A DNA stretch of 64,000 nt from a candidate division WOR-3 bacterium (GTDB lineage Bacteria > Hydrothermota > Tepidihabitantia > Tepidihabitantales > Tepidihabitantaceae): NCBI GenBank assembly GCA_965649295.1, contig CBFGKH010000006.1, positions 32,001-96,000 of the forward strand, read 5' to 3'. This document shows, one piece after another, positions 50,735 to 60,891 of this stretch. The notes beneath the pieces were generated by a model, which made no database searches, was not told the origin of the DNA, and saw only the letters and a program-made list of their open reading frames with translations. Within the stretch, counting starts at the first letter, position 1, and every line of letters starts with the position of its first letter. The translations under genes were made by a program, and so were the position numbers.

Positions 50735-51457
50735 GTGAGCCAACCCCAAGCAGCGAGTGATGGTGTGATAGTCAGCACCGACAGGCTCGTGCGCAAGTTC
50801 ACAGTCGGCCGCACCGAGCTCGTTGCCCTGAAAGAAGTAACGTTGCAGTTCCGCCGCGGCGAGTTCGCTGGCCTTGTCGGCCCATCCGGCTCAGGCAAGA
50901 CCACGCTCCTCAACATCATCGGCACGCTCGACACCCCAACCGCTGGTTCGGTCACGGTGCTGGGCCACCAGGTTGAAAAACTCACCGCCACCGCAGCCGC
51001 GGCCCTGCGCAGCCGACGCATCGGCTTCATCTTCCAGACCTTCAATCTGCTGCCGGTCTATACTGCCTACGAGAATGTCGAGTTTCCGCTGCTGCTACTT
51101 GGCCTCACCGCGGCCGAACGCCGCAAGCTCGTCACCGAAGCGCTCGAATGGGTCGGTCTGGCTGACCGAGCCGGCTCACGGCCCAATCAGTTGTCCGGCG
51201 GCGAGAGTCAGCGGGTCGCCATTGCCCGTGCCATTGTCAAGCGCCCCGAACTGGTGCTGGCCGATGAACCGACCGCCAACCTCGATGCCGAGAACTCCCA
51301 CCACATTCTCCGGACAATGGTCAAACTGAATCAGGAGCTGGGAACGACCTTTATCTTCTCAACCCACGATGAGAAGGTCATCGGCTACCTGCGGCGCAAG
51401 ATATCGCTCTTCGATGGTCGGGTGGCCGCTGACGTCACTAAGACCCCCGACGCCTGA
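50735..51457 (+). CDS. ABC transporter ATP-binding protein (LolD/MacB-like)
   Basis: GPSGSGKTT, LSGGESQRVAIARA and LADEPTANLD. Confidence 0.93.
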   Translation: MSQPQAASDGVIVSTDRLVRKFTVGRTELVALKEVTLQFRRGEFAGLVGPSGSGKTTLLNIIGTLDTPTAGSVTVLGHQVEKLTATAAAALRSRRIGFIFQTFNLLPVYTAYENVEFPLLLLGLTAAERRKLVTEALEWVGLADRAGSRPNQLSGGESQRVAIARAIVKRPELVLADEPTANLDAENSHHILRTMVKLNQELGTTFIFSTHDEKVIGYLRRKISLFDGRVAADVTKTPDA

Positions 51458-52629
51458 TGCTCACCATCATCAAACTGGCAATCCGCAACCTGCGTGGCGC
51501 CGGGATTAGAACCTGGCTCAATGCCATCGCCCTCTCGTTCGCGTTTGTCGCCATCATCTTTGGCCAGGGAATGCTGCAGGGCATGAACCGGCAGGCCGAA
51601 GATGCCTCCATTGCCTACGAGTTTGGCGGCGGTCAATACTGGCACTCAGCCTACGACCCCTATGACCCACTGACCCTCGCCGCTGCCCACGGCCCGCTGC
51701 CCGCTGCGCTCGAATCTCTCGCCGCCACCCGCCGAGCCGTACCGATTCTCATTGTCCAGGGCAGCATCTACCCCCAGGGCCGCTTGAAACCGGTGCTGCT
51801 CAAGGGCATTGACCCCGACCAACAGGTTCTCGCCATCCCGACCGCAGCGCTGGCCGACACCACGACCGAGCTGCCGCTCCTCATCGGCACTCGCACTGCT
51901 GCTGCCACCGGACTTGGTGTCGGCGACGAGGTCACGGTGCAGTGGCGTGATGCGGCCGGCGCATTCGACGCCCGCGATGGTCGCATTGTTGCCATAATGA
52001 ACACCAGCGTGATGACAGTTGACGTCGGCCAGGTCTGGCTGCCGCTTGCGACGCTCCGTCAACTTGTCGGCCTGCCGAATGAGGCCACGATTGTCACGGT
52101 TGCCAAAGGAACAGACCGACCGCCATCAGTTGCTGGCTGGGTCTTTCGACCGCTCGACTATCTGCTCGCTGACCTACGGCTGATGGTGAAGTCGAAAACC
52201 GTCGGGCAGACAATCATGTTCACTGTCCTGTTCCTGCTCGCAATGCTGGCCATCTTCGACACCCAGGTTCTCGCTGTCTTCCGCCGGCGACGTGAGATTG
52301 GCATGCTGGTCGCGCTCGGCATGACCAAAGCCAAGGTCATTCTTCTCTTCACCCTCGAAGGCGCACTGCACAGCATCCTTGCCGCGCTGCTCGGCCTGAG
52401 CTACGGTGCGCCGCTATTCTGGCACCTCAGCCGCTACGGCTTTGGCCTGCCGGGCGGCGAGTCCTGGGGCTACGCCCTTGGCGATCGGCTCTACCCGGTC
52501 TTTGGTGCCGGCCTGATACTCGGAACAACATTGCTCGTCTTCGTTACCACCACCTTTGTCGCCTGGCTGCCCACCCGACGCATAGCAAAACTCAGACCGA
52601 CCGATGCACTCGCCGGCCGAGAAACATGA
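51457..52629 (+). CDS. FtsX/LolE-like ABC permease
   Basis: LAIRNL...; RRREIGMLVALG; 4-TM topology. Confidence 0.88.
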   Translation: MLTIIKLAIRNLRGAGIRTWLNAIALSFAFVAIIFGQGMLQGMNRQAEDASIAYEFGGGQYWHSAYDPYDPLTLAAAHGPLPAALESLAATRRAVPILIVQGSIYPQGRLKPVLLKGIDPDQQVLAIPTAALADTTTELPLLIGTRTAAATGLGVGDEVTVQWRDAAGAFDARDGRIVAIMNTSVMTVDVGQVWLPLATLRQLVGLPNEATIVTVAKGTDRPPSVAGWVFRPLDYLLADLRLMVKSKTVGQTIMFTVLFLLAMLAIFDTQVLAVFRRRREIGMLVALGMTKAKVILLFTLEGALHSILAALLGLSYGAPLFWHLSRYGFGLPGGESWGYALGDRLYPVFGAGLILGTTLLVFVTTTFVAWLPTRRIAKLRPTDALAGRET

Positions 52630-52708
52630 CCAGAACTGACCGCGGCCCCTTCTTGCCGTCCTCCAACCCGGCTGGCCGATGGTCTGGTCTTTCCTCATTT
52701 CTAGGCTG

Positions 52709-53968
52709 ATGATTTGGTTTCTCGCCAAGGGTCTGCTGCGTGACCGCTCGCGCAGCCTGTTTCCGCTCTTGACCTGCGCCATCGGTGTCGCTCTTGTCGT
52801 CCTGATGGACGCCTATCTACGGGGCGCTACCGACTCGATGTTCAAGGCAACTGCCAGTTTTGTCTGCGGCCATCTCCGCGTCACCACCCGTGCCTATGCC
52901 CGAGCCGGTGCCGATGCGACCAACGAACTCGCTATCATTGGTCTCGATAGCCTGCTGGCCGAGCTCCGCCGCGACTTCCCGTCGGTCACCTGGACACCGC
53001 GCATCCGTTTCAGCGGCCTGATTGACGTGCCCGATAAGAACGGTGAGACCCGGATTCAGTCTCCTGCGGCTGGCCTAGCAGTTGACCTGTCGCCGGCAAG
53101 CCCAGAGCACCAACTGCTCCGACTAGCCAAGTCGCTTGCTGCCGGCCGCCTGCCCTCCTCGCCGGGTGAGGCACTAGTCGCTGACGACTTCGCCCGCCGA
53201 CTCGGCTTGCGCCCCGGCGACCGGTTCACCTACATCGGCTCGACGATGAATGGCAGCCTGGCGACCTACACCTTCACCCTCGCGGGCACGATTCGTTTCG
53301 GTATCAGCCTGATGGACCGCGGTGCCGTGCTCGCCGACATCCGTGATGCCCAGCAGGCCCTCGATATGGCAGACGCAGCAGACATGGTCCTGGGATTTCT
53401 GCCCGGCAGTTACGACGACCGGCTGGCCACCCAGTTGGCCAGCCGCTACAAATCGGCCGCGACTGACGACTATGCTCCGGTCATCGAGACGATGCGCCAG
53501 GCCAGTGGCATGGGCTCGCTGTTCGACATAATGGCGCTGGCCTCAGCGCTCATTATTGGTATCTTTGTTACCGCGATGGCGGTCGTGCTCTGGAATGCTG
53601 GCCTGATGAGCAGCCTCCGTCGCTACGGCGAGATTGGTCTGCGCTTGGCAATCGGCGAATCCAAGGGCCACGTCTATCGCTCGCTGCTGGTCGAGGCGTT
53701 CCTTGTCGGTCTCGTCGGCTCCGCGATTGGCACCATTATTGGTCTTGGCTTCAGCTACTACCTGCAGGAAGTCGGTATCAACATCGCCGGAATGATGCCC
53801 AATGCGACGGTCGTAATTGATGACATCCTCCGTGCTCGGATTGGGCCACTCAGCACAGTCATTGGGTTTGTGCCCGGACTACTCGCCACTTTCATCGGCG
53901 CCGCGATATCCGGCCTCGGCGTGTTCCGGCGCCAGACCGCCTTTCTGATAAAGGAGCTCGGCGCATGA
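52709..53968 (+). CDS. FtsX/LolC-like ABC permease
   Basis: RRYGEIGLRLAIG; 4-TM topology with a periplasmic domain. Confidence 0.88.
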   Translation: MIWFLAKGLLRDRSRSLFPLLTCAIGVALVVLMDAYLRGATDSMFKATASFVCGHLRVTTRAYARAGADATNELAIIGLDSLLAELRRDFPSVTWTPRIRFSGLIDVPDKNGETRIQSPAAGLAVDLSPASPEHQLLRLAKSLAAGRLPSSPGEALVADDFARRLGLRPGDRFTYIGSTMNGSLATYTFTLAGTIRFGISLMDRGAVLADIRDAQQALDMADAADMVLGFLPGSYDDRLATQLASRYKSAATDDYAPVIETMRQASGMGSLFDIMALASALIIGIFVTAMAVVLWNAGLMSSLRRYGEIGLRLAIGESKGHVYRSLLVEAFLVGLVGSAIGTIIGLGFSYYLQEVGINIAGMMPNATVVIDDILRARIGPLSTVIGFVPGLLATFIGAAISGLGVFRRQTAFLIKELGA

Positions 53969-54768
53969 GTTCACTTGGTGCCTTGGTTGTTACTAGCCCC
54001 GCCCTCCGCCGTCTCTGCCTTGGTGTCATTCTCGCCGCTTTGTCTCTTGGTGCCTTGGTGATTACTCCTCCTGCCCGCGCTGCTGAGCCGCCGAACGGTG
54101 ATTGGATTCTCCGCCAGCTGGACGAGAACGCCTACGCAACGACGCGCGTGGCTGTCGTCCAGATGGTCATTCACCTCGCCCGCACGACTCGCACGGTGAA
54201 GGCGAAGTCGTGGGTGTCTGGCTTGGACAAGTCATTCACCCAGTTTCTATACCCGGAGCGCGACAAAGGGACCAAGCTGCTCAAGCTTGGCGATGAACTA
54301 TGGCTGTACACCCCTGCGACCGACCGAACAATCAAGCTCTCCGGCAGTATGCTCCGCCAGTCAGTGATGGGCTCGGACTTGTCCTACGAGGACCTGATGG
54401 AGGCCAGTCGGCTCGCCGGCCGCTACTCGGCCACTGTCGTCGGCGAGGACACGGCTGCGGGCCGGCAGTGCTGGGTGCTGGCTTTGACCGCGAAGTCCGG
54501 TGACGCTAGCTACGCCTCGCGCCGGCTTTGGGTGGACAAGGAACGGTTCGTGCCGCTGCGCGAGAACCGCTACGCCAAGAGCGGCAAGCTGCTCAAGACC
54601 ACTGTCGTCAGCAGTGTTCGCCGGATTGGCAGCCGTTGGATACCTGACCAGGTCTCTTTCAAGGATGCACTGAGGACTGGCGCCGGCACCGACTTCATTC
54701 TCGACTCAATCTGGCTCGACGTGCCAATACCAGCCCACCTCTTCTCCAAGGCCGCGCTCAAGCAGTAG
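53965..54768 (+). CDS. LolA-like outer-membrane lipoprotein-sorting protein
   Basis: PERDKGTKLL, LWLYTP, MGSDLSYED and GKLLK. Confidence 0.85.
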   Translation: MSSLGALVVTSPALRRLCLGVILAALSLGALVITPPARAAEPPNGDWILRQLDENAYATTRVAVVQMVIHLARTTRTVKAKSWVSGLDKSFTQFLYPERDKGTKLLKLGDELWLYTPATDRTIKLSGSMLRQSVMGSDLSYEDLMEASRLAGRYSATVVGEDTAAGRQCWVLALTAKSGDASYASRRLWVDKERFVPLRENRYAKSGKLLKTTVVSSVRRIGSRWIPDQVSFKDALRTGAGTDFILDSIWLDVPIPAHLFSKAALKQ

Positions 54769-54908
54769 CCTGCCCGCGGTCACCGGCTCCGGCGCGGCTG
54801 ACTACAAAGACCCCACTAACACCAAGCCCGGGCCCGGTCTTGGTCGAACCCCGCGACCGTCGGTTCCAATCGCGATACGACCCTCCTTGTGCCTTCGGGT
54901 TTGGTGCC

Positions 54909-55799
54909 TCAGGGCTTCTTCTCATCTGCTCCCAGCGCCTGCGCTAGGGCTTCGGCTGCCTGGCCAAGCCCGCTAACGTAGTCAACCCGACCGGTCGAGT
55001 CGGTCAGCAGGGGATTGAGCACAATCACCCGAACGCCGGTCTCGGCCGCCAGCATCTTCGGCAGGGCTGACGGCAGTTGGGGTTCGGTCGTCACAACCCG
55101 AACACCGGTCTCACGGATTAGTCTCGTCAAGCCGGCCAGTTCTCGAGCTGAAGGTTCCTGTCCCGGCTTCGGCTCGACAGTGGCAACAACCTCGTACCCG
55201 AACCGGCGGCAGAAATATGGCCAGGCGTCGTGGAAAGAGATAAACCGCCGGTCCTTGACCTGCCCAGCCTGAGCCAGAATTGCTGCGCTGAGACTGTCGA
55301 GCCGCTGGGCATAGGTCTGTGCTCGCTGCCGGTACAAACTCTCGGCCGGCGGGTCAGTTGCCGCCAGTACATCGGCCAGCCGCTTGACCAACCGCTTAGC
55401 ATACTCCGGGTCAAGCCAGATGTGTGGGTTACCGCCGTGGCCCTGCTCGTCATCAGCGATAACGTCATCAACAACATCGGCCACCGCCACAACCCGCAGC
55501 CGGCGGTTGCCCGCATTCTCAACCACCGGGTCAAGCCACTCCTCAAGACCAAGTCCAATCTGAAGCAGCACATCGGCCCTGGCCAGCGCCTCCACCGCTG
55601 CTGGCCCTGGTTCAAAGGTGTGGGGACTCTCGTTTCCCCTAAGCAGGGTTGTGACAGTTACTCGCTCGCCGCCGACCTGATTGGCCCAGTCTGCGAGCAC
55701 CCCCAGTGTTGCCACGACTCGCACCTTGGTTGAGTCTTGCCTTGGCGCTGGCCCACAACCTGTCCAGAGCAGAAGAAGGAGAATCATCATCGGTCGCAT
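54909..55799 (-). CDS. Zn/Mn ABC transporter substrate-binding lipoprotein (ZnuA/TroA family)
   Basis: SPHTFEP, NPHIWLDP, HDAWPYF and EPS motifs; lipobox WTGC. Confidence 0.9.
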   Translation of the reverse strand: MRPMMILLLLLWTGCGPAPRQDSTKVRVVATLGVLADWANQVGGERVTVTTLLRGNESPHTFEPGPAAVEALARADVLLQIGLGLEEWLDPVVENAGNRRLRVVAVADVVDDVIADDEQGHGGNPHIWLDPEYAKRLVKRLADVLAATDPPAESLYRQRAQTYAQRLDSLSAAILAQAGQVKDRRFISFHDAWPYFCRRFGYEVVATVEPKPGQEPSARELAGLTRLIRETGVRVVTTEPQLPSALPKMLAAETGVRVIVLNPLLTDSTGRVDYVSGLGQAAEALAQALGADEKKP

Positions 55800-55891
55800 G
55801 GCGCCATCATAGGTAGTCAACTGCGGCTGTCAATCTGCTGGCTGGACTTGACAACTCCGAACCGGCGGTTAGAACTGTGGCGGAGGCAACT

Positions 55892-57088
55892 ATGCCCAAA
55901 CACCACTTGCTGTCACCAGGCTCGGTCGGGTTCCTAGTGCTGGTTCTGCTGCTCGCACCCGGCTCCGGCCTGGCCCAGAGCAGTTCCGACATCCACGAAG
56001 GCCGCGGCAGTTTTCTGATTCAGCAGATACCGCTCGGCATCTGGTATGGCGTCGGCACCGGGCTCTTTCTGACCAACGAGAGCACGCCGGCCAAGACCAC
56101 GACCGCCATCACCCTGCTCAGCGCCTCTGCCTTCTACTTTGTGCCAATGGCCATCATCTGGAACAAGCCGATGTCCAATGCTCAGGCCCATCTTTCAGTG
56201 GCACTGGGCTATCGCGGCATTCCTGCCGGGTTTGCTCTCGGCGACCTGCTCAATGTCGGTCGCGAGCGAGTCTATGACCCCTACTCGCACGTCTATTACG
56301 ACCGCTACAATTTCCGACCGCGGTTTGGTCTGATGGTGGCAACCAGCCTCGCCAGTCAAGTCGGCGGCTACTTTCTTAGCCGTGACCTGTCGCTTGGCCG
56401 TGCCACGCTCGTGACCGCATATGCTGACTTTGGCTGGGCCGACGGCCTATTGGTCTGGACTGCTGCCCGCAACGCAACTGACGATAGCGACCTCAAAAGC
56501 TCGCCATTCTTTCTTGCCGGCCTCAGTGCCGGCACCGCCGTCGGCTGGCTACGCCAGCAGCGGCTCGACCCCACCGAAGGCCAGGTCACTTTTGGCCGTG
56601 TTGCCGGCACACTCGGCGCGGTAATCCCGCCTGCCCTCATCTGGTCACTAACCGGCTGGGGCAACGAGGGCAAAGAACCGGCCTGGCTTGCCTCACTCGC
56701 AATAATTGGCAACCTCGCCGGTGTCTATCTGGGCGAACAGACCATCCGCGATGTTCCGCTCTCAACTGGTGACGGCTACATCGTTGTTGGTTGCACTGCC
56801 GGCGGCGCACTGGCTGGAGCCGGCCTTGGCTGGGGGCTGGCTGATGACGACGCCCCTGACATGTCCCGACCAATCATCGGTGTCGGCACACTCGGCGCAG
56901 CCATCGGGATGGGCATCGGCGGCTGGCTGACTCACGTCTGGCCGAAAAAGGTTGCCTACGACCCAAAGCCCGAGTGCGACCGCTGGGCCCGAGTCCACCT
57001 GAACCTCGGTGCGGGCATCAGTGCCGCGTCGGGCTGTCTCATCAACCGCGAGTTTTTTGCTCCGCACCTGGTAACTATCGAGTTCTAG
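55892..57088 (+). CDS. Hypothetical Gly-rich multi-helix membrane protein
   Basis: Long ORF with SD GGAGG, signal peptide, repeated Gly-zipper helices and terminal Phe. Confidence 0.65.
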   Translation: MPKHHLLSPGSVGFLVLVLLLAPGSGLAQSSSDIHEGRGSFLIQQIPLGIWYGVGTGLFLTNESTPAKTTTAITLLSASAFYFVPMAIIWNKPMSNAQAHLSVALGYRGIPAGFALGDLLNVGRERVYDPYSHVYYDRYNFRPRFGLMVATSLASQVGGYFLSRDLSLGRATLVTAYADFGWADGLLVWTAARNATDDSDLKSSPFFLAGLSAGTAVGWLRQQRLDPTEGQVTFGRVAGTLGAVIPPALIWSLTGWGNEGKEPAWLASLAIIGNLAGVYLGEQTIRDVPLSTGDGYIVVGCTAGGALAGAGLGWGLADDDAPDMSRPIIGVGTLGAAIGMGIGGWLTHVWPKKVAYDPKPECDRWARVHLNLGAGISAASGCLINREFFAPHLVTIEF

Positions 57089-57091
57089 CCG

Positions 57092-57562
57092 ATGCACCGC
57101 TGTCTGTCGCTTCTTTTCTGCCTGCTGCTGGCCGCAGCCTGCCAACACTCCTACTACTGTGGCCTCGACCCGTCTTCCACCCCGGCCAGACCGGTCTTTG
57201 ACTTTGGCACCAGCGCCAACCTCGCTGGCACGGCCAAGGTCAACGCCGTGACTATCTCTGGCACGCCGCCCCCAGACGCCTGTGCACCGGACTGGCACCT
57301 GTTCTGGTCAATTGCCACCAGTGGCAGCGAGCCATACCGAGAACTGGACAAGCTCGAATACGGCGCTCTGCCGGCCGGCTTTCAAGTTATCGTGCCGGCG
57401 GAAACGCTCCTCGCCGAATACATCTACGAAGTCCACATCGGCTATCACGGCATCGGCACTGACTGCTACTTTGAGATTTCCGCCGACTCGCTCGGCGTAA
57501 GAACCATTCGGCCCCTGACCGAGGCCGAATACCGCGCCATCGTCTTTTCGCCCGGCGGCTGA
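57092..57562 (+). CDS. Hypothetical lipoprotein
   Basis: Lipobox AAAC; 3 nt after the previous gene. Confidence 0.65.
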   Translation: MHRCLSLLFCLLLAAACQHSYYCGLDPSSTPARPVFDFGTSANLAGTAKVNAVTISGTPPPDACAPDWHLFWSIATSGSEPYRELDKLEYGALPAGFQVIVPAETLLAEYIYEVHIGYHGIGTDCYFEISADSLGVRTIRPLTEAEYRAIVFSPGG

Positions 57563-57619
57563 GGCAACTAGTGACCGGTGCCGGGTGCGCCCACTATCTC
57601 TTCTGAAAGGAATCCGACC

Positions 57620-57958
57620 TTGAAACAGCTACTCGGAGTCTGCGGCATTGACTGTGCCGCCTGCAATGCCCGCATTGCGACCCTGACCAACGACGATACC
57701 TTGCGCGCCCGCACCGCGGCCGAATGGTCAAAGCTGTTCGGCCACAACTTCAAGCCCGAGGAAATCAACTGCGCCGGCTGCAACGCCGATGGCCGGCACG
57801 TTTACTACTGCGACGCGATGTGCGAAATCAGGAAGTGCGGCCGCGACCGCAAGGACCTAACCTGCGCCGAATGTGGCGACTTCGCCTGCGCAAAGCTGAC
57901 TGCCTTTCTAAAGCAGGTGCCGGAGGCCGAGAAGAACCTCAAGGCACGCCGCGGCTAG
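57620..57958 (+). CDS. DUF3795-like Cys-rich protein
   Basis: CGIDCAAC...CAGC...CEIRKC...CAECGDFAC; TTG start after AAAGGA. Confidence 0.8.
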   Translation: MKQLLGVCGIDCAACNARIATLTNDDTLRARTAAEWSKLFGHNFKPEEINCAGCNADGRHVYYCDAMCEIRKCGRDRKDLTCAECGDFACAKLTAFLKQVPEAEKNLKARRG

Positions 57959-58008
57959 CCGAAGCCACCGAGCTGACAAGCGGACAGCGCTCCAATCCTG
58001 ACCCGGAA

Positions 58009-59721
58009 CTAGCTGACTATCAGCCGAACCGGTCGGGCCATGCCGTCGCGCAGAAAATAGACACCAGGCCTGATGGCTGTCGGCAGGGTAACGGCGTTAC
58101 GGCTGTCGGCTCGGAGAACGGCAACCTGCCGGCCGCTCTCGTCGAATAGGCCAACGGCTGGTCCGAATGAACTACCGAGGCGCACCTTTCCGCCAGCCCG
58201 GACAACTGTCGGCATGACCGTCACTGCTAGATAAGTTCGTCCCGGTCGCTCCTCGGCAATTCCTGCTGACGGCGCGACATAACGACCGGTCCGCTGCATG
58301 TCAAACTGATAGGTCGGCCACTCCCAAGCCTGCCGGTTGAAAGGCACCCCCGCATTCCATACCGACACCTGAAGCTGTCCCGCCTCCGACGACACACCGA
58401 CAATGTCCATCGTGTCATCGCCATTCACATCAGCGACGGTCGCGCCGTTCAGATAGGTGAACCCATACGGCCGCAGCGGCCAGCCGCTGACCAACGAGCC
58501 GTCATGATGAACTGCCCAGAGAAACCCAAGCGTGTCCGCACTCGTTATCATGTTGCTCGTGAAGATAATCTCCATATCCCCATCACCGTCGAGGTCGCAG
58601 ACTGTCAGATTCCCCTCAGCACCGGCTCCACTCTGGGAAACATAGGGAAACCCTGGCAGCAACAGGCCATTCGGATTGAACGCATAGAGCACCGGCATCG
58701 GCACCATTCCTCCGGCAATGCCGTGAATCACTTTCAGTTCACCGTCGCGATACAGGTCGGCAACCGTTGGCGGACAGTAGGTCCAGTTACTGTAGGAAAA
58801 CGGCCAGCCGGGCTGGATGACGCCGTTGTGGCGAACGACATAACAACCGCCCCCGTTCTGATGCATCCCAAAGACAATCTCCAATGTGTCATCACCGTCA
58901 ATATCGGCAAGCGCCGGCGACTGATACGAAAAAGAGCGACCATTGGGCTGGGTCAGCGGCCAACCCGGCAGGAGACTACCGTCGGGGTGAAAGAGATAGC
59001 AAGAGTAATAGGAGAAGGCAACAATCTCCGGTGTTCCGTCCCGATTGATGTCAGCCACTCCGCACCCGGCTGCTGGTACATGGTCAAGTGGCTGCGGCCA
59101 GCCCGGCAGCTCAGTCGCGTTGTGCCGCAGCACATGCACTTTCCCAATCGGATAGTTGCGCTCAAGCACAATCACTTCGAGGGTGTCGTCACCATCAACA
59201 TCGGCCAAGGTCGGCGAGTCCTCAAAGTTACCGTTCTGACCCCGATACGGCCAGCCCGGCTTGATTCGGCCGTTCTCACCGATGAGATAGACCGCACCGC
59301 CCGACACGAGCCCGCGCGTCGAAACCGCCACTTCGATTTCGCCGTCTCGGTCAACATCGGCGGCTGCTGCCGCATACTGGCATGAGTCACCGCTCAGGGC
59401 CACTGGCCAGCCCGGGTAAGGGGTGCCGTCGTAGCGCCAGCAGTGGACACTGGTGTGTGCCGGCATTACCAACTCCAACCGGCCGTCGTTGTCGAAATCG
59501 GCGAGCGTAATGCCCCGCGCTGGCGAGAACAGCCCAGACTGCACACGAAGCGGCCAGCCCGGCAGTTGCTCCAGTTCATCACGACCGACAACCGGTATCG
59601 GCTCTACGGCCATCTCGACACTCTGCAGACCGGCTAGCACCCCTTCCGGGCCAGAAACGCTCATCCGCAGGAGATTCGCACTAACCAGCCCCAACAATAC
59701 AGCTATCATGGCAATGGGCAT
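58009..59721 (-). CDS. Secreted FG-GAP/VCBS-repeat propeller protein with T9SS-like tail
   Basis: Seven 'ADxDxDGxxEI...PGWP' repeats; ends PGVYFL...RLIVS. Confidence 0.85.
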   Translation of the reverse strand: MPIAMIAVLLGLVSANLLRMSVSGPEGVLAGLQSVEMAVEPIPVVGRDELEQLPGWPLRVQSGLFSPARGITLADFDNDGRLELVMPAHTSVHCWRYDGTPYPGWPVALSGDSCQYAAAAADVDRDGEIEVAVSTRGLVSGGAVYLIGENGRIKPGWPYRGQNGNFEDSPTLADVDGDDTLEVIVLERNYPIGKVHVLRHNATELPGWPQPLDHVPAAGCGVADINRDGTPEIVAFSYYSCYLFHPDGSLLPGWPLTQPNGRSFSYQSPALADIDGDDTLEIVFGMHQNGGGCYVVRHNGVIQPGWPFSYSNWTYCPPTVADLYRDGELKVIHGIAGGMVPMPVLYAFNPNGLLLPGFPYVSQSGAGAEGNLTVCDLDGDGDMEIIFTSNMITSADTLGFLWAVHHDGSLVSGWPLRPYGFTYLNGATVADVNGDDTMDIVGVSSEAGQLQVSVWNAGVPFNRQAWEWPTYQFDMQRTGRYVAPSAGIAEERPGRTYLAVTVMPTVVRAGGKVRLGSSFGPAVGLFDESGRQVAVLRADSRNAVTLPTAIRPGVYFLRDGMARPVRLIVS

Positions 59722-59983
59722 ATGTCACCTCTTTTGGCCGACAGTTCAACAACTTATAGCGGATGACAAGCAGAGGGTCAAGCCACCAATCCGACGGCTG
59801 AATCTCCCGACAGAACCGCAGGTCTAAACTCAGACTTGGAGATGTAAGATGAAGAACACCAATCGCACCACCAGCCCCCCTGTCAGCAATAGTAAACTGA
59901 CAAGGATGACTGGTGGTGCGTTTCTCTTTGGCTTGTCCACTGCTTACCGACTGCGTGCCCATCGGCACGGTCAGGAGGTTACC

Positions 59984-60835
59984 ATGAAAAGGATCGTCGG
60001 TCTGGCAATTATCATTTCGCTCGCGGGCAGTGCGCCGGCCCAGAGCGTCAATCTTCCGAACAATTACGGCGCGTCGTTCCCTATTCCCAACCCGGCAGTT
60101 GTGATGTCGCCGGTTCTCGATCCCGCTGACTTTTCGCTTGGACTACGGAGCCGGTCATCTTCCGATGAACTAGTCACCATTCCCACCCCCCTTGGCCCGA
60201 ACCGGTCGGTAGTCAAGCCTGGTGTCGTCAATCCTGATGACCCAGCGCCGGTTGATATTGAGAACCCACCGCTGCGCCGCGCAAGCGACGCCGGGATTGA
60301 CGGACCAGTACTGATTCCCATCCCGGTCCGTCCTAACCGCTCAGTTGTCCGTCCCAGCACAATCAATCCTGATGACCCGGCACCGACCAATCCCTATGCT
60401 GTTGTTCGTCCGTCCATCATCAACCCTGATGACATTGGCACTGACATCCAGACTCCGCCCTCGGTAGTCCGGCCCGGCATTATCAACCCTGATGACCAGC
60501 AGGTTAGTGATGTTCCGGCTATCGAGGAAGGTCGCTATCCCCTGTCTCGCGTGGGTCCTAATCTTGCTCTCGATGTCCGTTCCCGTAGCCCGTTCTTCAG
60601 TGACCGTATTGAACTGGCCTTCGGGCCGTCCCTTGTCGGTCGCACTCTCGCAGCCGAGCTATACGACATGAGCGGCCGACAGCTCCTCCGGTCGGCACTG
60701 CGCGCCGGCGCTTCATCCACCCTCAGTTCACCACTGCTGCGCGCGCTTCCTGCCGGTAACTACCTGCTCAAGCTCACCTGTGACTGCGGCCCGGACATGT
60801 ATCGGCTCTTGAAGGTCTCCAAGCCGCTGGACTAA
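59984..60835 (+). CDS. Secreted Pro-rich repeat protein with T9SS-like tail
   Basis: SD AGGAGG, signal peptide, VV(R/K)Pxx(I/V)NPDD repeats; ends LPAGNYLLKL. Confidence 0.75.
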   Translation: MKRIVGLAIIISLAGSAPAQSVNLPNNYGASFPIPNPAVVMSPVLDPADFSLGLRSRSSSDELVTIPTPLGPNRSVVKPGVVNPDDPAPVDIENPPLRRASDAGIDGPVLIPIPVRPNRSVVRPSTINPDDPAPTNPYAVVRPSIINPDDIGTDIQTPPSVVRPGIINPDDQQVSDVPAIEEGRYPLSRVGPNLALDVRSRSPFFSDRIELAFGPSLVGRTLAAELYDMSGRQLLRSALRAGASSTLSSPLLRALPAGNYLLKLTCDCGPDMYRLLKVSKPLD

Positions 60836-60891
60836 TCCGGCGGTTGCGAGCAGCGGGCGGGACATCCCGCCCGCTGCCGCTTTCTACTGTT

